DNA of 64,000 bases from an uncultured Gammaproteobacteria bacterium (GTDB taxonomy: Bacteria > Pseudomonadota > Gammaproteobacteria > Steroidobacterales > Rariloculaceae): NCBI GenBank assembly GCA_963742115.1, contig CAVUKQ010000015.1, forward strand, positions 113,832-177,831, read 5' to 3'. Below the pieces are notes generated by a model. The model searched no databases, was not told the DNA's origin, and saw only the letters and a program-made list of their open reading frames with translations. Both the position numbers and the translations under genes were made by a program. Shown here in pieces: positions 30,153 to 42,467 of the stretch; position 1 is the first letter of the stretch, and each line of letters starts with the position of its first letter.

Positions 30153-31175
30153 TTAGAAAGCGATCGAGGACGTCGGCGGCGCGGCCGGCTCTTCGCTGCG
30201 CAGGCCCGGGGGCGGCCAGTTGTCGAGGCGCATGCCGAGAGCTAGCCCGTGTTGCTCGAGGACCTCTTTGATCTCCGTGAGCGACTTCTTGCCGAGGTTC
30301 GGCGTGCGCAGCAGCTCGACCTCGGTCCGCTGCACGAGGTCGCCGATGTAGTTGATGTTCTCGGCCTTCAAGCAGTTCGCCGAGCGCACCGTGAGCTCGA
30401 GCTCGTCCACCGGGCGCAGCAGGATCGGATCCACCTGCGTCTCGGCGCGGCCGAAACCGATCTCGTCCTCGCCTTGCAGATCCACGAACACGTCGAGCTG
30501 ATTCTTGAGAATCATGCCGGCGCGGCGGATCGCCTCTTCGGCGTCGATCGTGCCGTTCGTCTCGATGTCGATGATCAGCTTGTCCAAGTCCGTGCGCTGC
30601 TCGACACGCGCGCGCTCGACCGTGTAGGTCACGCGGCGGATCGGGCTGAAGGACGCGTCGAGCTGGAGGCGTCCGATGGGGCGCGTCTGCTCGTCGAACG
30701 TCGCGATCTGCGTCGCGGGGCGATAGCCCCGGCCGCGCACGACCTTCAAGAACGCGCGGATTTCACCCGCGGACGTGAGGTTCGCGATCACGAGGTCGGG
30801 ATTCACGATCTCCACGTCGTGGTCGACGACGATGTCGCCGGCACGGACCGGGCCCGGGCCCTTCTTCGACAGCGACAGCTCGGCCTCTTCGCGCGAGTGC
30901 ATGCGGATCGCGATCGACTTCAAGTTCAAGAGAATGTCGACGACGTCCTCTTGCACGCCTTCGATGCTCGTGTACTCGTGCAGCACGCCATCGATCTCGG
31001 CTTCGACGACGGCCGCGCCGGGCATCGAAGACAAGAGCACGCGCCGCAGCGCGTTGCCGAGCGTGTGACCGAATCCGCGTTCGAACGGCTCTACCGTCAC
31101 TCGCGCGCGATTGGTGCCGAGCGGTTGAACCTTGACGGCTCGCGGCCGCAAGAATTCCGTTGCTGATGCTTCCAT
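30153..31175 (-). CDS. rpoA: DNA-directed RNA polymerase subunit alpha
   Basis: 340 aa. ...[15 protein letters not shown]... and a C-terminal domain with [10 protein letters not shown]. Confidence 0.97.
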   Translation of the reverse strand: MEASATEFLRPRAVKVQPLGTNRARVTVEPFERGFGHTLGNALRRVLLSSMPGAAVVEAEIDGVLHEYTSIEGVQEDVVDILLNLKSIAIRMHSREEAELSLSKKGPGPVRAGDIVVDHDVEIVNPDLVIANLTSAGEIRAFLKVVRGRGYRPATQIATFDEQTRPIGRLQLDASFSPIRRVTYTVERARVEQRTDLDKLIIDIETNGTIDAEEAIRRAGMILKNQLDVFVDLQGEDEIGFGRAETQVDPILLRPVDELELTVRSANCLKAENINYIGDLVQRTEVELLRTPNLGKKSLTEIKEVLEQHGLALGMRLDNWPPPGLRSEEPAAPPTSSIAF

Positions 31176-31192
31176 CTAAATTTGACCTCGCA

Positions 31193-31813
31193 TTACTTGG
31201 AGTACAGCTCGACCACCAGATTCTCGTTGATATCCGGCAATATCTCGTCGCGCTCCGGCAGGGCCTTCAGCGTTCCCTGCATCTTCTGATCGTCGACCTC
31301 GACCCACTCCGGGAAACCCACTTGGCTCGCGATCGACAGCGCAGACTTGATCCTTAGCTGCTCTTTCGCTCGCTCGCGAACCGCGATCTTGTCGCCAGCC
31401 TTCAGCTGGTACGACGGAATGTTCACGATGTGCTCGTTCACCATGATTCCGCGATGGCCGACGAGCTGCCGTGCCTCGGCACGCGTCGACGCGAAACCCA
31501 TGCGGTAAACGACGTTGTCGAGCCGCGCTTCGAGCATCCGGAGCAGGTTCTCTCCGGTCGAGCCTTTGACCTTCGACGCCTTCTTGTAATAGCCGCGGAA
31601 CTGCCGCTCGAGCACGCCGTACATGCGGCGCAGCTTCTGCTTCTCGCGCAGCTGCACGCCATAGTCCGAGAGCCTCGTACGCCGTTGACCGGCGCCGCCG
31701 GGCGGCACTTCGAGCTTGCACTTCTGCTCGAGCGGCTTCAGGCCGCTCTTCAAGAACAGGTCCGTGCCTTCGCGACGGGCAAGCTTGCAGGTGGGTCCTC
31801 TGTATCGAGCCAT
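31193..31813 (-). CDS. rpsD: 30S ribosomal protein S4
   Basis: [24 protein letters not shown]... Confidence 0.97.
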   Translation of the reverse strand: MARYRGPTCKLARREGTDLFLKSGLKPLEQKCKLEVPPGGAGQRRTRLSDYGVQLREKQKLRRMYGVLERQFRGYYKKASKVKGSTGENLLRMLEARLDNVVYRMGFASTRAEARQLVGHRGIMVNEHIVNIPSYQLKAGDKIAVRERAKEQLRIKSALSIASQVGFPEWVEVDDQKMQGTLKALPERDEILPDINENLVVELYSK

Positions 31814-31815
31814 GA

Positions 31816-32292
31816 TTATACTCGCCGCTTCTTCGGCGGCCGGCAGCCGTTATGGGGGATCGGTGTCACATCTTCAATCTGCGTGATGCGGAATCCGACC
31901 GCGTTCAGCGCGCGAACCGCGGACTCGCGCCCGGGGCCCGGGCCTTTCACGCGCACCTCGAGATTCTTCACGCCGTATTCCTTCGCAGCCGTGCCCGCGC
32001 GCTCGGCGGCGACCTGCGCCGCGAACGGGGTGCTCTTGCGCGAGCCTTTGAAGCCGCAGTTACCGGCGGTTGCCCACGAAATCGTGTTTCCCTGACGATC
32101 GGTAATGCTGATGATCGTGTTGTTGAACGACGCGTGGACGTGCGCGACGGCATCCAAGATCTGCCGTTTGGCTTTCTTGCGGACCTTCGTCGCTCCTGCG
32201 GCTGCGGCCGGCGCGGCCGCGCCGGATGCGGCGGCGGGCGCTGTGGGCGCCGCGGGTGCGGCCGGTGCTGCGGGATTGGGCGGTTGGGCCAT
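31816..32292 (-). CDS. rpsK: 30S ribosomal protein S11 with about 30-aa Ala/Pro-rich N-terminal extension
   Basis: AGGAG RBS 8 nt upstream of the ATG at 32292. Core reads [20 protein letters not shown]. Confidence 0.93.
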   Translation of the reverse strand: MAQPPNPAAPAAPAAPTAPAAASGAAAPAAAAGATKVRKKAKRQILDAVAHVHASFNNTIISITDRQGNTISWATAGNCGFKGSRKSTPFAAQVAAERAGTAAKEYGVKNLEVRVKGPGPGRESAVRALNAVGFRITQIEDVTPIPHNGCRPPKKRRV

Positions 32293-32308
32293 AGTTCAAA
32301 GCTCCTGC

Positions 32309-32665
32309 TTACTTCCTGACCGGCCGGCGCGGGCCCTTGCGCGTGCGCGCGTTCGTGCGCGTGCGCTGACCCCGCAGCGGTAGGCCGCGGCGGTGACGGA
32401 TGCCGCGGTAACAACCGAGGTCCATCAGCCGTTTGATGTTCATTGCGTTCTCGCGGCGCAGATCGCCTTCGACCGGGAACTTCGCGATCACGTCGCGCAG
32501 CCGCGAGACTTCCGCCTCGGTGAGGTCCTTCACCGCGGTCGACGACTTCACCTCAGCGGCCTTGCAAACCGTCAGCGCTTTGCTGCGGCCGATGCCGAAG
32601 ATGTGAGTCAACGCGATGCCGACGTGCTTGTTCGTCGGGATGTTGACGCCTGCGATACGTGCCAT
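32309..32665 (-). CDS. rpsM: 30S ribosomal protein S13
   Basis: [26 protein letters not shown]... Confidence 0.97.
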   Translation of the reverse strand: MARIAGVNIPTNKHVGIALTHIFGIGRSKALTVCKAAEVKSSTAVKDLTEAEVSRLRDVIAKFPVEGDLRRENAMNIKRLMDLGCYRGIRHRRGLPLRGQRTRTNARTRKGPRRPVRK

Positions 32666-32698
32666 TCTTCTATCTCACTCTGTTCTGGGCGCTGTGCT

Positions 32699-32812
32699 TC
32701 AGCCCTGCCGCTGCTTGTGGCGCGGATCCTCGCAGATCACGCGGACCACGCGATTGCGCCGGACGATCTTGCACTTTCGACAAATCTTGCGAACCGACGC
32801 TCGTACTTTCAT
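32699..32812 (-). CDS. rpmJ: 50S ribosomal protein L36
   Basis: Hand translation gives [37 protein letters not shown]. Absent from the ORF track because it is shorter than 60 aa. Confidence 0.9.
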   Translation of the reverse strand: MKVRASVRKICRKCKIVRRNRVVRVICEDPRHKQRQG

Positions 32813-32834
32813 TTCAAACTCCGGAGAGACCTGC

Positions 32835-34172
32835 TCAACTGTTCTTGCCGTAGCCGCGCAAGTTCGCTTTCTTCAGCAGGCCTTCGTATTGGTGGGTCAT
32901 CATGTGCGCCTGCAACTGCGCCATGAAGTCCATCGTGACGACCACGATGATCAAGAGCGACGTACCGCCGAAGTAGAACGGCACGTTGAACTCGAGAATC
33001 ATGAACTCGGGCAGCAGGCACACCGCGGTGATGTACAGCGCACCCCAGAACGTGAGACGCGTGAGCACCTTATCGATGTATTCCGCCGTCTGCTGGCCCG
33101 GTCGGATGCCGGGGATGAACGCGCCCGAGCGGCGCAGGTTATCCGCCGTCTCGCGCGAATTGAACACGAGCGCCGTGTAGAAGAAGCAGAAGAACAGGAT
33201 CAACGACGCGTACAAAATGATGTAGATAGGCTGACCGGGCGACAAGCTCGACGCGAGCCGCTGCAGCCACGGAAGCGCATTGCTGGTGCCGGCCCAGCTC
33301 GCGATCGTCGCGGGGAACAGGATCAAGCTCGACGCGAAGATCGGCGGGATCACGCCCGACATGTTGATCTTGAACGGCAGGTGGCTCGTCTGGCCCGCGT
33401 ACATTTTGCGACCCTGCTGGCGCTTCGCGTAATTCACCGCGATCCGGCGCTGTGCGCGCTCCATGTAGACCACGAAGGCGGTGACGCCGAGGATCAGGAA
33501 AGCGAGCAGGAACGGCATCGCTTGATTCATGCCGCCCGTGTTGACGAGCTCGAGCGTGCCGCCGATCGCAGAAGGCAGGCCCGACAGGATCGACGACAAG
33601 ATGATCATCGAGATGCCGTTGCCGATGCCGCGCTCGGTGATCTGCTCGCCGAGCCACATCAGGAACATCGTGCCGGTCACGAGCGTGATCGCGGCGGTCA
33701 TCACGAACGCGGGGCCCGGATTCAGCACGACGCCTTGCGTCTGCAGCGCGGTAGCCGCGGCAACCGACTGAAACGACGACAACAGGACGGTGCTGTAGCG
33801 GGTGTACTGCGTGATCTTGCGGCGGCCCGACTCGCCTTCCTTGCGCAGCTGACCCAAAGCCGGAATAACGTGGGTGCCCATCTGCAAGATGATCGATGCC
33901 GAGATGTACGGCATGATCCCGAGCGCGAAGATCGACCAGCGCCGCAACGCGCCGCCCGAGAACATGTTGAACATGCTCAGGATCGTGCCGGACTGCTGCT
34001 CGAAGAACTGCTGCAGGGCGACCGGGTCGATTCCCGGAACCGGAATGTAGGTACCGATGCGGTAGACGACGAGCGCGCCGAGCAAGAAGAACAGACGCTG
34101 ACGAAGATCGGCGAAGCGTGTCGCATCGCCGAGCAACGCAGCGGGGTTCGCCGTTGTGCCCGTCTTCGCCAT
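32835..34172 (-). CDS. secY: preprotein translocase subunit SecY
   Basis: 445 aa, 10-TM pattern, conserved spc-operon position. Confidence 0.96.
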   Translation of the reverse strand: MAKTGTTANPAALLGDATRFADLRQRLFFLLGALVVYRIGTYIPVPGIDPVALQQFFEQQSGTILSMFNMFSGGALRRWSIFALGIMPYISASIILQMGTHVIPALGQLRKEGESGRRKITQYTRYSTVLLSSFQSVAAATALQTQGVVLNPGPAFVMTAAITLVTGTMFLMWLGEQITERGIGNGISMIILSSILSGLPSAIGGTLELVNTGGMNQAMPFLLAFLILGVTAFVVYMERAQRRIAVNYAKRQQGRKMYAGQTSHLPFKINMSGVIPPIFASSLILFPATIASWAGTSNALPWLQRLASSLSPGQPIYIILYASLILFFCFFYTALVFNSRETADNLRRSGAFIPGIRPGQQTAEYIDKVLTRLTFWGALYITAVCLLPEFMILEFNVPFYFGGTSLLIIVVVTMDFMAQLQAHMMTHQYEGLLKKANLRGYGKNS

Positions 34173-34180
34173 CTAGAGAC

Positions 34181-34615
34181 CTACTCCAATACCTTGCCGC
34201 CGGCGGCTTCGATGATCTTGCGTGCGCCCGGCGTAACTTTGAGACCGCTCACCGTCACGGCTTTGTCGAGCGTGCCGGACGCGATGACCTTGCAGCGCTC
34301 CGCGCGCTTGCTGACCAAACCCGCGGCCTGCAGCGACGCGAGGTCCGCCGTCTTGCCCGCGAAGCTCGCAAGCTCGTGCACCCGAAGCTCGGCCGACAAG
34401 CCCTTCGAGGGTGACACGAAACCGATCTTCGGCAGACGCCGTTGCAGCGGCATCTGGCCGCCTTCGAATCCCACCTTGTGGTAGCCGCCCGCGCGAGCAC
34501 GCTGACCTTTGACGCCGCGGCCGCCGGTCTTGCCGAGGCCCGAAGCGCCGCCGCGGCCGCGCCGCTTGTGCTCGAAGCGGCTGCCGTTGGCCGGGTGCAA
34601 ATCGTTGAGCTTCAT
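34181..34615 (-). CDS. rplO: 50S ribosomal protein L15
   Basis: MKLNDLHPANGSRFEHKRRGRGGASGLGKTGGRG... Confidence 0.96.
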   Translation of the reverse strand: MKLNDLHPANGSRFEHKRRGRGGASGLGKTGGRGVKGQRARAGGYHKVGFEGGQMPLQRRLPKIGFVSPSKGLSAELRVHELASFAGKTADLASLQAAGLVSKRAERCKVIASGTLDKAVTVSGLKVTPGARKIIEAAGGKVLE

Positions 34616-34616
34616 C

Positions 34617-34823
34617 TCAAATCTCCTCGACCTGCACCATGTAGTGGATCTTCGCGATCATGCCGCGGTTCTCCGGGGTGTCGATGACCTCTACCGTCTG
34701 GTGGCGGTTGCGCAGCCCCAATCCGAACGCGCACTCGGCGTGTCCCTTGCTGCGTCCGAACCTGCTCTTCAGCAGCGTGACGCGAATCTTCTTGCCGCTG
34801 GTTTTGCTCAAGCCTTTCGCCAC
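34617..34823 (-). CDS. rpmD: 50S ribosomal protein L30
   Basis: ...[59 protein letters not shown] at 34823 chosen just after the rpsE stop. The track ATG at 34859 would overlap rpsE. Confidence 0.85.
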   Translation of the reverse strand: MAKGLSKTSGKKIRVTLLKSRFGRSKGHAECAFGLGLRNRHQTVEVIDTPENRGMIAKIHYMVQVEEI

Positions 34824-34827
34824 GATC

Positions 34828-35316
34828 TCACCCAAGTATTTCTTCGACCGTCTTGCCACGCTTCGCCGCGATCTGATTCGGCGAGCGCATCTGGCTCAAC
34901 GCGTTCAGCGTCGCACGCACCACGTTGATTGGGTTACGCGATCCGTAGCTCTTCGCGAGCACGTTGCGCACCCCCGCGCACTCGAGCACCGCGCGCATCG
35001 CGCCGCCCGCAATGACGCCGGTACCGTCGGAAGCCGGCTGCATGAACACGCGCGTCGCGCCGTGGCTGCCGTGCAGCTCGTACTGCAGCGTGTCCTTCTT
35101 CAGGTTCACGGTGTACAGATTCTTGCGCGCGGCCTGCATCGCTTTCTGGATCGCGAGCGGCAGCTCGCGAGCCTTGCCGTAGCCGAAGCCGACGCGGCCC
35201 GCGCCGTCGCCGACGACGGTGAGCGCCGTGAACCCGAATTGCCGGCCGCCCTTGACGACCTTCGCAACGCGGTTCACCGCGACCAGCTTCTCTTGGAATT
35301 CTTCAACGTTTGCCAT
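34828..35316 (-). CDS. rpsE: 30S ribosomal protein S5
   Basis: 162 aa. ...[25 protein letters not shown]... Confidence 0.97.
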   Translation of the reverse strand: MANVEEFQEKLVAVNRVAKVVKGGRQFGFTALTVVGDGAGRVGFGYGKARELPLAIQKAMQAARKNLYTVNLKKDTLQYELHGSHGATRVFMQPASDGTGVIAGGAMRAVLECAGVRNVLAKSYGSRNPINVVRATLNALSQMRSPNQIAAKRGKTVEEILG

Positions 35317-35328
35317 GGTTCAGCTCTG

Positions 35329-35688
35329 TTAGATTTTCAGCCCGGCTTCGCGCGCAGCGTCGGCCAGCGCTTTCACGCGGCCGTGATACTTGAAGCCCGA
35401 GCGATCGAACGCGACCTGCTCGATGCCAGCTTGCTTTGCCCGCGCGGCAATTTCCTTGCCGACGGCCGCAGCGGCTTCCTTGTTCCCGGTCGACTTGAGC
35501 GACTCGCGGACTTCCTTCGTGAGAGTCGAAGCGCTCGTCACGACCCGATTGCCCTCGGGCGCGATGATCTGCGCGTAGATGTGCTGGGAGCTCCGGTGCA
35601 CGCACAGGCGATGAGCCCCGGCCAGAGCGATCCGGATTCGTGTCTTGCGCGCACGGCGCTGGCGCGTCGTCTTCTTGTCGGTCGCCAT
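35329..35688 (-). CDS. rplR: 50S ribosomal protein L18
   Basis: 119 aa. ...[24 protein letters not shown]. Confidence 0.96.
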   Translation of the reverse strand: MATDKKTTRQRRARKTRIRIALAGAHRLCVHRSSQHIYAQIIAPEGNRVVTSASTLTKEVRESLKSTGNKEAAAAVGKEIAARAKQAGIEQVAFDRSGFKYHGRVKALADAAREAGLKI

Positions 35689-35690
35689 GA

Positions 35691-36224
35691 CTACTTCTTC
35701 TTCGCCTCTTTGAGAACGATCTTTTCGGTCGAGTACTTCACGCCCTTGCCCTTGTAGGGTTCCGGCGGACGGTAACCGCGAATCTCGGCGGCGACCTGGC
35801 CGACCTGCTGACGGTCCATGCCCTTGATGACGATTTCCTGCTGGCTCGGCGTCTCGATCGTGATGCCCTTCGGCACGGGATACTCGACCGGATGCGAGAA
35901 GCCGAGCGTGAGATTGAGCTTCTGGCCCTGCACGGCCGCGCGATAGCCGACGCCGACGAGCTCGAGCTTCTTCTGGAAGCCCGTGGTGATGCCCGTGACC
36001 ATGTTCGCGATCAACGCGCGCGTGGTACCGGCCATCGCGTCCGCGAACTGGGCGCCCGAGCGCGGCGACACGTTCACGGTGGACCCTTCGACTTTGACCT
36101 CGACCTCGGAGTTCACGTCGAGCGAGAGGCTGCCCTTCTTGCCCTTGATCGTGATGGCTTGGCCCTGCACCTCGGCGGTCAGGTCCTGGCCGAGCTCCAC
36201 GGGTCGTTTACCTACTCTAGACAT
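35691..36224 (-). CDS. rplF: 50S ribosomal protein L6
   Basis: [31 protein letters not shown]... Confidence 0.96.
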   Translation of the reverse strand: MSRVGKRPVELGQDLTAEVQGQAITIKGKKGSLSLDVNSEVEVKVEGSTVNVSPRSGAQFADAMAGTTRALIANMVTGITTGFQKKLELVGVGYRAAVQGQKLNLTLGFSHPVEYPVPKGITIETPSQQEIVIKGMDRQQVGQVAAEIRGYRPPEPYKGKGVKYSTEKIVLKEAKKK

Positions 36225-36254
36225 CGCGTCTTCTCCACTCCTCGTCCGTCTCGA

Positions 36255-36650
36255 TCAGAGCACGATGCAGAGGACTTCGCCGCCGTGACCTTCGGCGCGC
36301 GCCCGTCGGTTCGTCATCACGCCGCGCGAGGTCGAGACGATGGCGCAACCCAAACCGCCCTGGACCACCGGCAACTGGTCGACGCGCTTGTAGATCCGTA
36401 GGCCCGGTCGGCTCACGCGCTGGATCCGCTCGATCACGGGCCTGTCCTGGTAGTACTTGAGCTCGAGGACCATCTGGTCCTTGCCGTCGACGTTCTCTTG
36501 CGTCACGGAGCCGATGTAGCCCTCGTCCGCGAGCACGTTCGCGATCGCGAGCTTGCGCTTCGACACCGGGACGATGACGGACGTCAGTCGGGCCGTCTGC
36601 GCGTTACGGATACGCGTCAGCATGTCGGCAATCGGGTCGGTCATACTCAT
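36255..36650 (-). CDS. rpsH: 30S ribosomal protein S8
   Basis: [20 protein letters not shown]... Start set at the internal ATG at 36650 of ORF 36255..37007. Confidence 0.95.
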   Translation of the reverse strand: MSMTDPIADMLTRIRNAQTARLTSVIVPVSKRKLAIANVLADEGYIGSVTQENVDGKDQMVLELKYYQDRPVIERIQRVSRPGLRIYKRVDQLPVVQGGLGCAIVSTSRGVMTNRRARAEGHGGEVLCIVL

Positions 36651-36691
36651 AAAATTTCCTTGCGGCCTCGAGCTCCCTGGGGGCCCGTGAC

Positions 36692-36997
36692 TTACCAGCT
36701 CGCCTTCGTCATGCCCGGGATCTCGCCGCGCATCATCGTTTCGCGCAGCTTCGTCCGCGACAGACCGAACTTGCGGTAATACCCGTGCGGCCGGCCCGTG
36801 AGCGCGCAGCGGTTGCGCAGGCGAACCGGGCTCGCGTCGCGGGGCAGCTTCTGCAGCGCTGCTTGCGCCGCGGCCTTGTCGTCTTCCGAGACCTTCGGAT
36901 CGCGGATGAGCTCCTTGAGCTCGGTGCGCTTCTTCGCGTACTTCGCCACTGCCGCCACGCGACGCTTCTGCCGCATCAGCATCGACTTCTTCGCCAT
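36692..36997 (-). CDS. rpsN: 30S ribosomal protein S14
   Basis: [20 protein letters not shown]...KASW. TAATG overlap with the rplE stop. Confidence 0.96.
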   Translation of the reverse strand: MAKKSMLMRQKRRVAAVAKYAKKRTELKELIRDPKVSEDDKAAAQAALQKLPRDASPVRLRNRCALTGRPHGYYRKFGLSRTKLRETMMRGEIPGMTKASW

Positions 36998-37545
36998 TAG
37001 CGATCACTCCTCAGTGGAAACTTGAACGCTTCGAGCAGCGCCCGGCCCTGGTCGTCGTTCTTCGCGGTGGTCGTGATGGCAATGTCCATGCCGCGGATGG
37101 CGTCCACTTGGTCGAAATTGATCTCGGGGAAAATGATTTGCTCTTTGACGCCCATGTTGTAGTTGCCGCGGCCGTCGAACGCACGTCGCGACATGCCGCG
37201 GAAGTCGCGGATGCGCGGCATCGCCACGCTGATGAGGCGATCGAGGAACTCGTACATGCGCTCGTTGCGCAACGTGACCTTGCAGCCGATCGCGACGCCG
37301 TCGCGCACCTTGAAGCTCGCGACCGAGGTGCGCGCGAGGCACTGCACGGGCTTCTGGCCGCTGATCTTCGCGAGGTCGCCCATCGCGCTGTCGAGCACCT
37401 TGCGGTCCGCGAGCGCTTCGCCGACACCCATGTTGATCGTGACCTTGGTGATCCGAGGAACGGCCATCGGGTTCGCCACGCCGAGCTGCTTCATCAGCGC
37501 CGGCACGACTTCCTTTCTGTAGAACTCTTGCAATCTCGCGGCCAT
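36997..37545 (-). CDS. rplE: 50S ribosomal protein L5
   Basis: [44 protein letters not shown]... Confidence 0.97.
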   Translation of the reverse strand: MAARLQEFYRKEVVPALMKQLGVANPMAVPRITKVTINMGVGEALADRKVLDSAMGDLAKISGQKPVQCLARTSVASFKVRDGVAIGCKVTLRNERMYEFLDRLISVAMPRIRDFRGMSRRAFDGRGNYNMGVKEQIIFPEINFDQVDAIRGMDIAITTTAKNDDQGRALLEAFKFPLRSDR

Positions 37546-37547
37546 AT

Positions 37548-37865
37548 TTATCGATCCACGACTTCGCCGTTGGACTTGAAGAAACGAACCTTGCGGCCGT
37601 CCGAGAGCTTGCGGACGCCCACGCGGTCACCCTTGCTCGTCGTCGGGTTGTAGAGCATCACGTTCGACGGATCGAGCGCCTTTTCCTTTTCGACGATTCC
37701 GCCCGCGACGCCCCCTTGCGGATTCGGCTTCTGGTGCTTGCGCGCGATGTTCACGCCTTCCACGACGAGCCTGCCGCCGGGAAACACCTTGACCACGTTG
37801 CCGCGCCGACCCTTGTCTTTGCCGGCGATCACGACGACTTCATCGCCTTGCTTGATGCGTTGCAC
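37548..37865 (-). CDS. rplX: 50S ribosomal protein L24
   Basis: [22 protein letters not shown]... Confidence 0.96.
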   Translation of the reverse strand: MQRIKQGDEVVVIAGKDKGRRGNVVKVFPGGRLVVEGVNIARKHQKPNPQGGVAGGIVEKEKALDPSNVMLYNPTTSKGDRVGVRKLSDGRKVRFFKSNGEVVDR

Positions 37866-37877
37866 TGCCGTGACCCT

Positions 37878-38246
37878 CTAGAGAACTTCCGGAGCGAGCG
37901 AGATGATCTTCATGAACTGCGTCGTGCGCAGCTCGCGAGTCACCGGCCCGAAGATACGCGTGCCGATGGGCTCGAAACGCGGCGTCAGAAGCACGGCGGC
38001 GTTGCCGTCGAAACGAATGACCGAGCCGTCCGAGCGGCGCAGGCCATGGCGTGTGCGGACGACCACCGCGTGGTAAACCTCGCCCTTCTTGACGCGGCCG
38101 CGCGGGATCGCGTCCTTGACCGTCACCTTGATGATGTCGCCGATGTGCGCGTAGCGGCGCTTCGATCCGCCGAATACGCGGATGCACATGAGGCTCCGCG
38201 CGCCGCTGTTATCGGCGGCATTCAACAATGTTTGTGTCTGAATCAT
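37878..38246 (-). CDS. rplN: 50S ribosomal protein L14
   Basis: [33 protein letters not shown]... Confidence 0.97.
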   Translation of the reverse strand: MIQTQTLLNAADNSGARSLMCIRVFGGSKRRYAHIGDIIKVTVKDAIPRGRVKKGEVYHAVVVRTRHGLRRSDGSVIRFDGNAAVLLTPRFEPIGTRIFGPVTRELRTTQFMKIISLAPEVL

Positions 38247-38255
38247 CGGCCGCCC

Positions 38256-38552
38256 CTACGCGTGGGTCCCCGTGTCGACCGGCGCGCGCTCGAGCACCTC
38301 GACGACCTTCCAAGCCTTTCGCTTGCTGATCGGCCGGCACTCGACGATCGCGACCGTGTCGCCTTCGCGGCAGGTTTGCTCTTCGTCGTGCGCCATGATC
38401 TTCGTCGTGCGGCGAATGAATTTGCCGTAGACGGGATGCTTGATGAGGCGCTCGACCGAAACGGTGACGCTCTTGTTCATCTTGTTGCTCACGACACGGC
38501 CGACCGTTCTACGGGTCGTGGCGGTCGTCTTGGTAGTCTGCTCAGCGCTCAT
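38256..38552 (-). CDS. rpsQ: 30S ribosomal protein S17
   Basis: ...[29 protein letters not shown]... Confidence 0.95.
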   Translation of the reverse strand: MSAEQTTKTTATTRRTVGRVVSNKMNKSVTVSVERLIKHPVYGKFIRRTTKIMAHDEEQTCREGDTVAIVECRPISKRKAWKVVEVLERAPVDTGTHA

Positions 38553-38584
38553 CCGCTTCTCGTCCTTCTCGCCGTCGTCTTCGC

Positions 38585-38776
38585 TTACGTCTTGATTCGT
38601 TCGCGCTGAACGGTCTTCAGCCGCGCGATGGTCTTGCGCACTTTGCCGTGCTGGTCGGGCTTCGCGCCCTGACCCGTGGCCGACTGCATCCGCAAGTTGA
38701 ATTGCTCGCGGCGCAGCTTGAGCAGCTCTTCACCGAGTTGCTCGTCGGACATGTCTCTGAGCTCTTTCGCGTTCAT
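38585..38776 (-). CDS. rpmC: 50S ribosomal protein L29
   Basis: [31 protein letters not shown]... ATGA overlap with the rplP stop. Confidence 0.93.
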   Translation of the reverse strand: MNAKELRDMSDEQLGEELLKLRREQFNLRMQSATGQGAKPDQHGKVRKTIARLKTVQRERIKT

Positions 38777-39189
38777 CAGAATGCCGTCCGTTTGATGACC
38801 GCGGTCTTCACCGAGAGCTTGGCCGACGCGAGCGTGAACGCCTCGCGCGCAACCGCTTCCGTGACGCCGGCGATCTCGTAGAGCATGCGGCCCGGCTGCA
38901 CCAACGCGACCCAATACTCGACGTTGCCCTTGCCCTTGCCCTGCCGCACTTCGAGCGGCTTCTTCGTGATCGGCTTGTCCGGGAAGACCCGGATCCAAAT
39001 GTTGCCGCCGCGCTTCACGTAGCGCGTCATCGCGCGGCGCGCGGACTCGATCTCGCTAGCCGTGAGCTGGCCGCGCTCGAGCGTCTTGAGCCCATACTCG
39101 CCGAACGAGACGTTGTTGCCCCGTTGCGCGAGACCGCGGTTGCGGCCTTTGAACTGCTTGCGAAATTTGGTCCGTTTGGGTTGCAGCAT
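38776..39189 (-). CDS. rplP: 50S ribosomal protein L16
   Basis: [21 protein letters not shown]... Confidence 0.97.
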   Translation of the reverse strand: MLQPKRTKFRKQFKGRNRGLAQRGNNVSFGEYGLKTLERGQLTASEIESARRAMTRYVKRGGNIWIRVFPDKPITKKPLEVRQGKGKGNVEYWVALVQPGRMLYEIAGVTEAVAREAFTLASAKLSVKTAVIKRTAF

Positions 39190-39247
39190 CTTCGTCTACT
39201 ATCGATTCGTCTCTCGCGATTTCCTGAGCAAAGCCAACGCCTGCGCG

Positions 39248-39943
39248 TTACGCCTGTTGCGGACGCGGCGCCTCGGCCTGCTCGGCCGCCGGCGCGCCAT
39301 CCGGCGTGTCGAACACTTCGCCGCGGAATACCCAGACCTTCACGCCGATCACGCCGTACGTGGTCTTCGCCTCGGCCAAGCCGTAGTCGATGTCCGCGCG
39401 GAACGTGTGCAGCGGCACGCGGCCTTCGCGGTACCACTCGGAGCGCGCGATCTCGGCGCCATTCAAGCGGCCCGACACGCGGACCTTGATGCCCTGCGCG
39501 CCAATGCGCATCGTGTTCGTGACCGCACGGCGCATCGCGCGGCGGAACTGCACGCGGCGCTCGAGCTGCTGCGCGATGCCTTCGGCGACGAGCAGAGCGT
39601 CGAGCTCCGGCTTGCGGATCTCGGAAATGTTCAGGCGCACGTCCTGCAGCGGCATGCTCAGAAGCTTGGCGACTTCCGAACGCAGCTTCTCGATGTCCTC
39701 GCCCTTCTTGCCGATCACGATGCCCGGGCGCGCCGTGTGGATCGTGATGTTCGCTTTCTTCGCCTGCCGCTCGATGTGGATGCGGCTCACGGAAGCCTCT
39801 TTGAGCTTTTTCTGCAGGAACGAGCGGATCCGGTGGTCCTGCTCGATATAGTCCGGGAACAGCTGCGAATTCGCGTACCACTTCGAAGACCACTCTTTGG
39901 TGATCCCGAGGCGAATGCCGATCGGATTTACTTTTTGACCCAT
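39248..39943 (-). CDS. rpsC: 30S ribosomal protein S3
   Basis: [24 protein letters not shown]... with a short acidic/Pro-rich C-terminal tail. Confidence 0.97.
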   Translation of the reverse strand: MGQKVNPIGIRLGITKEWSSKWYANSQLFPDYIEQDHRIRSFLQKKLKEASVSRIHIERQAKKANITIHTARPGIVIGKKGEDIEKLRSEVAKLLSMPLQDVRLNISEIRKPELDALLVAEGIAQQLERRVQFRRAMRRAVTNTMRIGAQGIKVRVSGRLNGAEIARSEWYREGRVPLHTFRADIDYGLAEAKTTYGVIGVKVWVFRGEVFDTPDGAPAAEQAEAPRPQQA

Positions 39944-39947
39944 ATCG

Positions 39948-40280
39948 CTACTCGTCGCCTACGCGAACCGTGATGTGGCTGTTGCGTTTCAAGATGCGGT
40001 CGCCGCGGCCTTTCGCACGCGGCATATAGCGCGCGAAGAACGGCGCGCCGTCGACGTGGATCGTCGAGACCTTGAGCTCGTCGATGTCCGCGCCGTGGTT
40101 GTGCTCGGCATTCGCAATCGCGGACTCGAGCACCTTGTGCAGCATCCGCGCGGCCTTCTTGCGGCTGAACGCGAGGATCTTCAGGGCCTGCGCAACGGAT
40201 AGCCCGCGGATCTGGTCGGCGACGAGCCGGCACTTCTGCGGCGAGATGCGTGCGTAGCGGAGCTTGGCTGCGACTTCCAT
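39948..40280 (-). CDS. rplV: 50S ribosomal protein L22
   Basis: [26 protein letters not shown]... Confidence 0.96.
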   Translation of the reverse strand: MEVAAKLRYARISPQKCRLVADQIRGLSVAQALKILAFSRKKAARMLHKVLESAIANAEHNHGADIDELKVSTIHVDGAPFFARYMPRAKGRGDRILKRNSHITVRVGDE

Positions 40281-40310
40281 CGAATGTTCCTCTATCGTGC
40301 GCGCCGCGTC

Positions 40311-40652
40311 TTAGGCGCCGGGGCCGGGCTTCGGACCCGAGGGGGCCCCGCCGCCGCCGCCAGCCGCCGCGGCCGCCGCTTCCTTGGTCTTGCGGTCGCC
40401 CGAGTGGCCCTTGAACGAACGCGTCGCCGCAAACTCGCCGAGCTTGTGTCCGACCATGTTCTCCGACACGAGCACCGGGATATGTTGCCGGCCGTTGTGC
40501 ACCGCGATCGTGAGCCCGACCATGTCGGGAACCACCATCGAGCGGCGCGACCACGTCTTGATCGGACGGCGGTCGCTCGTGGCGGAGGCTTTCGCGACCT
40601 TCGCCAGCAAATGAGCGTCGACGAACGGGCCTTTCTTGATCGAACGTGACAT
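40311..40652 (-). CDS. rpsS: 30S ribosomal protein S19 with Ala/Gly/Pro-rich C-terminal extension
   Basis: [19 protein letters not shown]...[16 protein letters not shown] followed by an extra tail of about 22 aa. Confidence 0.95.
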   Translation of the reverse strand: MSRSIKKGPFVDAHLLAKVAKASATSDRRPIKTWSRRSMVVPDMVGLTIAVHNGRQHIPVLVSENMVGHKLGEFAATRSFKGHSGDRKTKEAAAAAAGGGGGAPSGPKPGPGA

Positions 40653-40684
40653 GACTCTCGACTCTCGCTAGTTGCTTGTGCCGA

Positions 40685-41515
40685 CTACTTCTGCCGACGA
40701 TCGCGAACGATCATCGCGCGCGTGCGCTTGTTGCGGCGCGTCTTGTAGCCCTTCGTCTTCTGGCCCCACGGCGAGACCGGATGCGGGTTGCCTTGACCCG
40801 ACTTACCTTCGCCGCCGCCGTGCGGATGGTCGACCGGGTTCTGCGCGACGCCGCGCACCGTCGGCCGAATACCGCGCCAGCGCTGCGCGCCGGCCTTACC
40901 GATCTTGCGTAGGTTGTGCTCTTCGTTGCCGACCTCGCCTACGGTCGCGCGGCAATTGACGTGGACCTTGCGCAGCTCGCCGGAGCGCAGGCGCATCGTC
41001 ACGTACTCGCCTTCGCGCGAGACGATCTGCACGCCGGCGCCCGCGCTGCGCGCGAGCTGTGCGCCCTTGCCGGGCTTGAGCTCGATGCAGTGCACTTGCG
41101 TGCCGAGCGGAATGTTCTTCAGCGGCAGCGTATTGCCGGGTTTGATCGGCGCGTCGGCGCCCGACATGATCGCGTCGCCGGCCTTCACGTTGCGCGGCGC
41201 GAGGATGTAACGGCGCTCGCCGTCGGCGTACAGCACGAGCGCCAAGTGCGACGTGCGGTTCGGATCGTATTCGAGCCGCTCGACGCGGCCCGCGACGCCG
41301 TCCTTGTCGCGCTTGAAGTCGATGACGCGGTAGGCGCGCTTGTGACCGCCGCCTTGATGGCGCGTCGTGATTCGGCCCTGGTTGTTGCGGCCGCCGCGCT
41401 TCGGCAACGGACGGAGCAAGCTCTCGTGGGGCTCGCCCTTGTACAGGCCTTCCTGGACGACCCGGACGACGAACCGTTGGCCCGGCGATGTCGGTTTGAG
41501 CTTACGTAACGCCAC
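40685..41515 (-). CDS. rplB: 50S ribosomal protein L2
   Basis: 276 aa. ...[19 protein letters not shown]... Confidence 0.97.
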   Translation of the reverse strand: MALRKLKPTSPGQRFVVRVVQEGLYKGEPHESLLRPLPKRGGRNNQGRITTRHQGGGHKRAYRVIDFKRDKDGVAGRVERLEYDPNRTSHLALVLYADGERRYILAPRNVKAGDAIMSGADAPIKPGNTLPLKNIPLGTQVHCIELKPGKGAQLARSAGAGVQIVSREGEYVTMRLRSGELRKVHVNCRATVGEVGNEEHNLRKIGKAGAQRWRGIRPTVRGVAQNPVDHPHGGGEGKSGQGNPHPVSPWGQKTKGYKTRRNKRTRAMIVRDRRQK

Positions 41516-41536
41516 AATGCTTCCTTGAGGAGTCGC

Positions 41537-41845
41537 CTACTCGGCGCCCATGAAGTTGATGTCGCTGCCCGGCGCCAACCGGACGTAGGCCTTCTTCCAG
41601 CCCGTGCGCTTGCCGACGCTCGTGCCGAAACGCTTGGTCTTCGACGGCATCCGCATCGTCGAAACGCGCGCGACCTTCACCTCGAACAGCATCTCGACGG
41701 CCTGGCGGATGTCGCCCTTGGTCGCGTCCGAGCGCACCTTGAAGACCACTTGGTTGCTGCCGTCGGCGAGCGCCGTGGCCTTCTCGGACACGTGCGGCCC
41801 GATCAGCACTTGCAGCAGTTTCTCGCGATGCGCCGGGCTGCTCAT
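41537..41845 (-). CDS. rplW: 50S ribosomal protein L23
   Basis: MSSPAHREKLLQVLIGPHVSEKAT... ATGA overlap with the rplD stop. Confidence 0.93.
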   Translation of the reverse strand: MSSPAHREKLLQVLIGPHVSEKATALADGSNQVVFKVRSDATKGDIRQAVEMLFEVKVARVSTMRMPSKTKRFGTSVGKRTGWKKAYVRLAPGSDINFMGAE

Positions 41846-42447
41846 TTCAGGCGCTCCTCGATGATTTTCATCGCGCCGGCCGACGCGACGATCTTGTCCG
41901 CCCCGACGAGCGCGACGGGATCCACGAACTGCGCTTCCTCGACCATCACGTTCGGCAAGTTGCGCGCGGCGAGCCAGAGGTTCGCGTCGAAGCCCTCGAC
42001 GAGGATCAACCCGGTGACGAAGCCGAGCTTGTCGAGCTTGCCCTTGAGCTCCTTCGTCTTCGGCGCGGATACGCCGAGCTCGTCCGTGACGAGCACGCGC
42101 TCTTGGCGCAGGAGCTCCGAGAACACCGAGCGCAGCGCGCCGCGGTACATCTTGCGGTTCACCTTCTGCTCGAAGCTGCGCGGGCGCGCGGCAAACGTGC
42201 GGCCGCCGCCAACCCAGATCGGGCTGCGGATCGAGCCCACGCGCGCGCGGCCGGTGCCCTTCTGCTTCCACGGCTTCTTGCCGGAGCCGCTCACGTCGGA
42301 GCGGTTCTTCTGCGCCTTCGTTCCGGAACGCCCGGCCGCGAGGTAGGCCGTGACGACTTGGTGCACGAGCGGCTCGTTGAACGCCGCATCGAACGTCGCA
42401 TCCGCGAGCTCGAGCGTGCCACCTTTACCTTGAATTGTTACTTTCAT
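41842..42447 (-). CDS. rplD: 50S ribosomal protein L4
   Basis: 201 aa. ...KPWKQKGTGRARVGSIRSPIWVGGG... Confidence 0.96.
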   Translation of the reverse strand: MKVTIQGKGGTLELADATFDAAFNEPLVHQVVTAYLAAGRSGTKAQKNRSDVSGSGKKPWKQKGTGRARVGSIRSPIWVGGGRTFAARPRSFEQKVNRKMYRGALRSVFSELLRQERVLVTDELGVSAPKTKELKGKLDKLGFVTGLILVEGFDANLWLAARNLPNVMVEEAQFVDPVALVGADKIVASAGAMKIIEERLK

Positions 42448-42467
42448 CGCTCGGTCCCGCGCCGCCG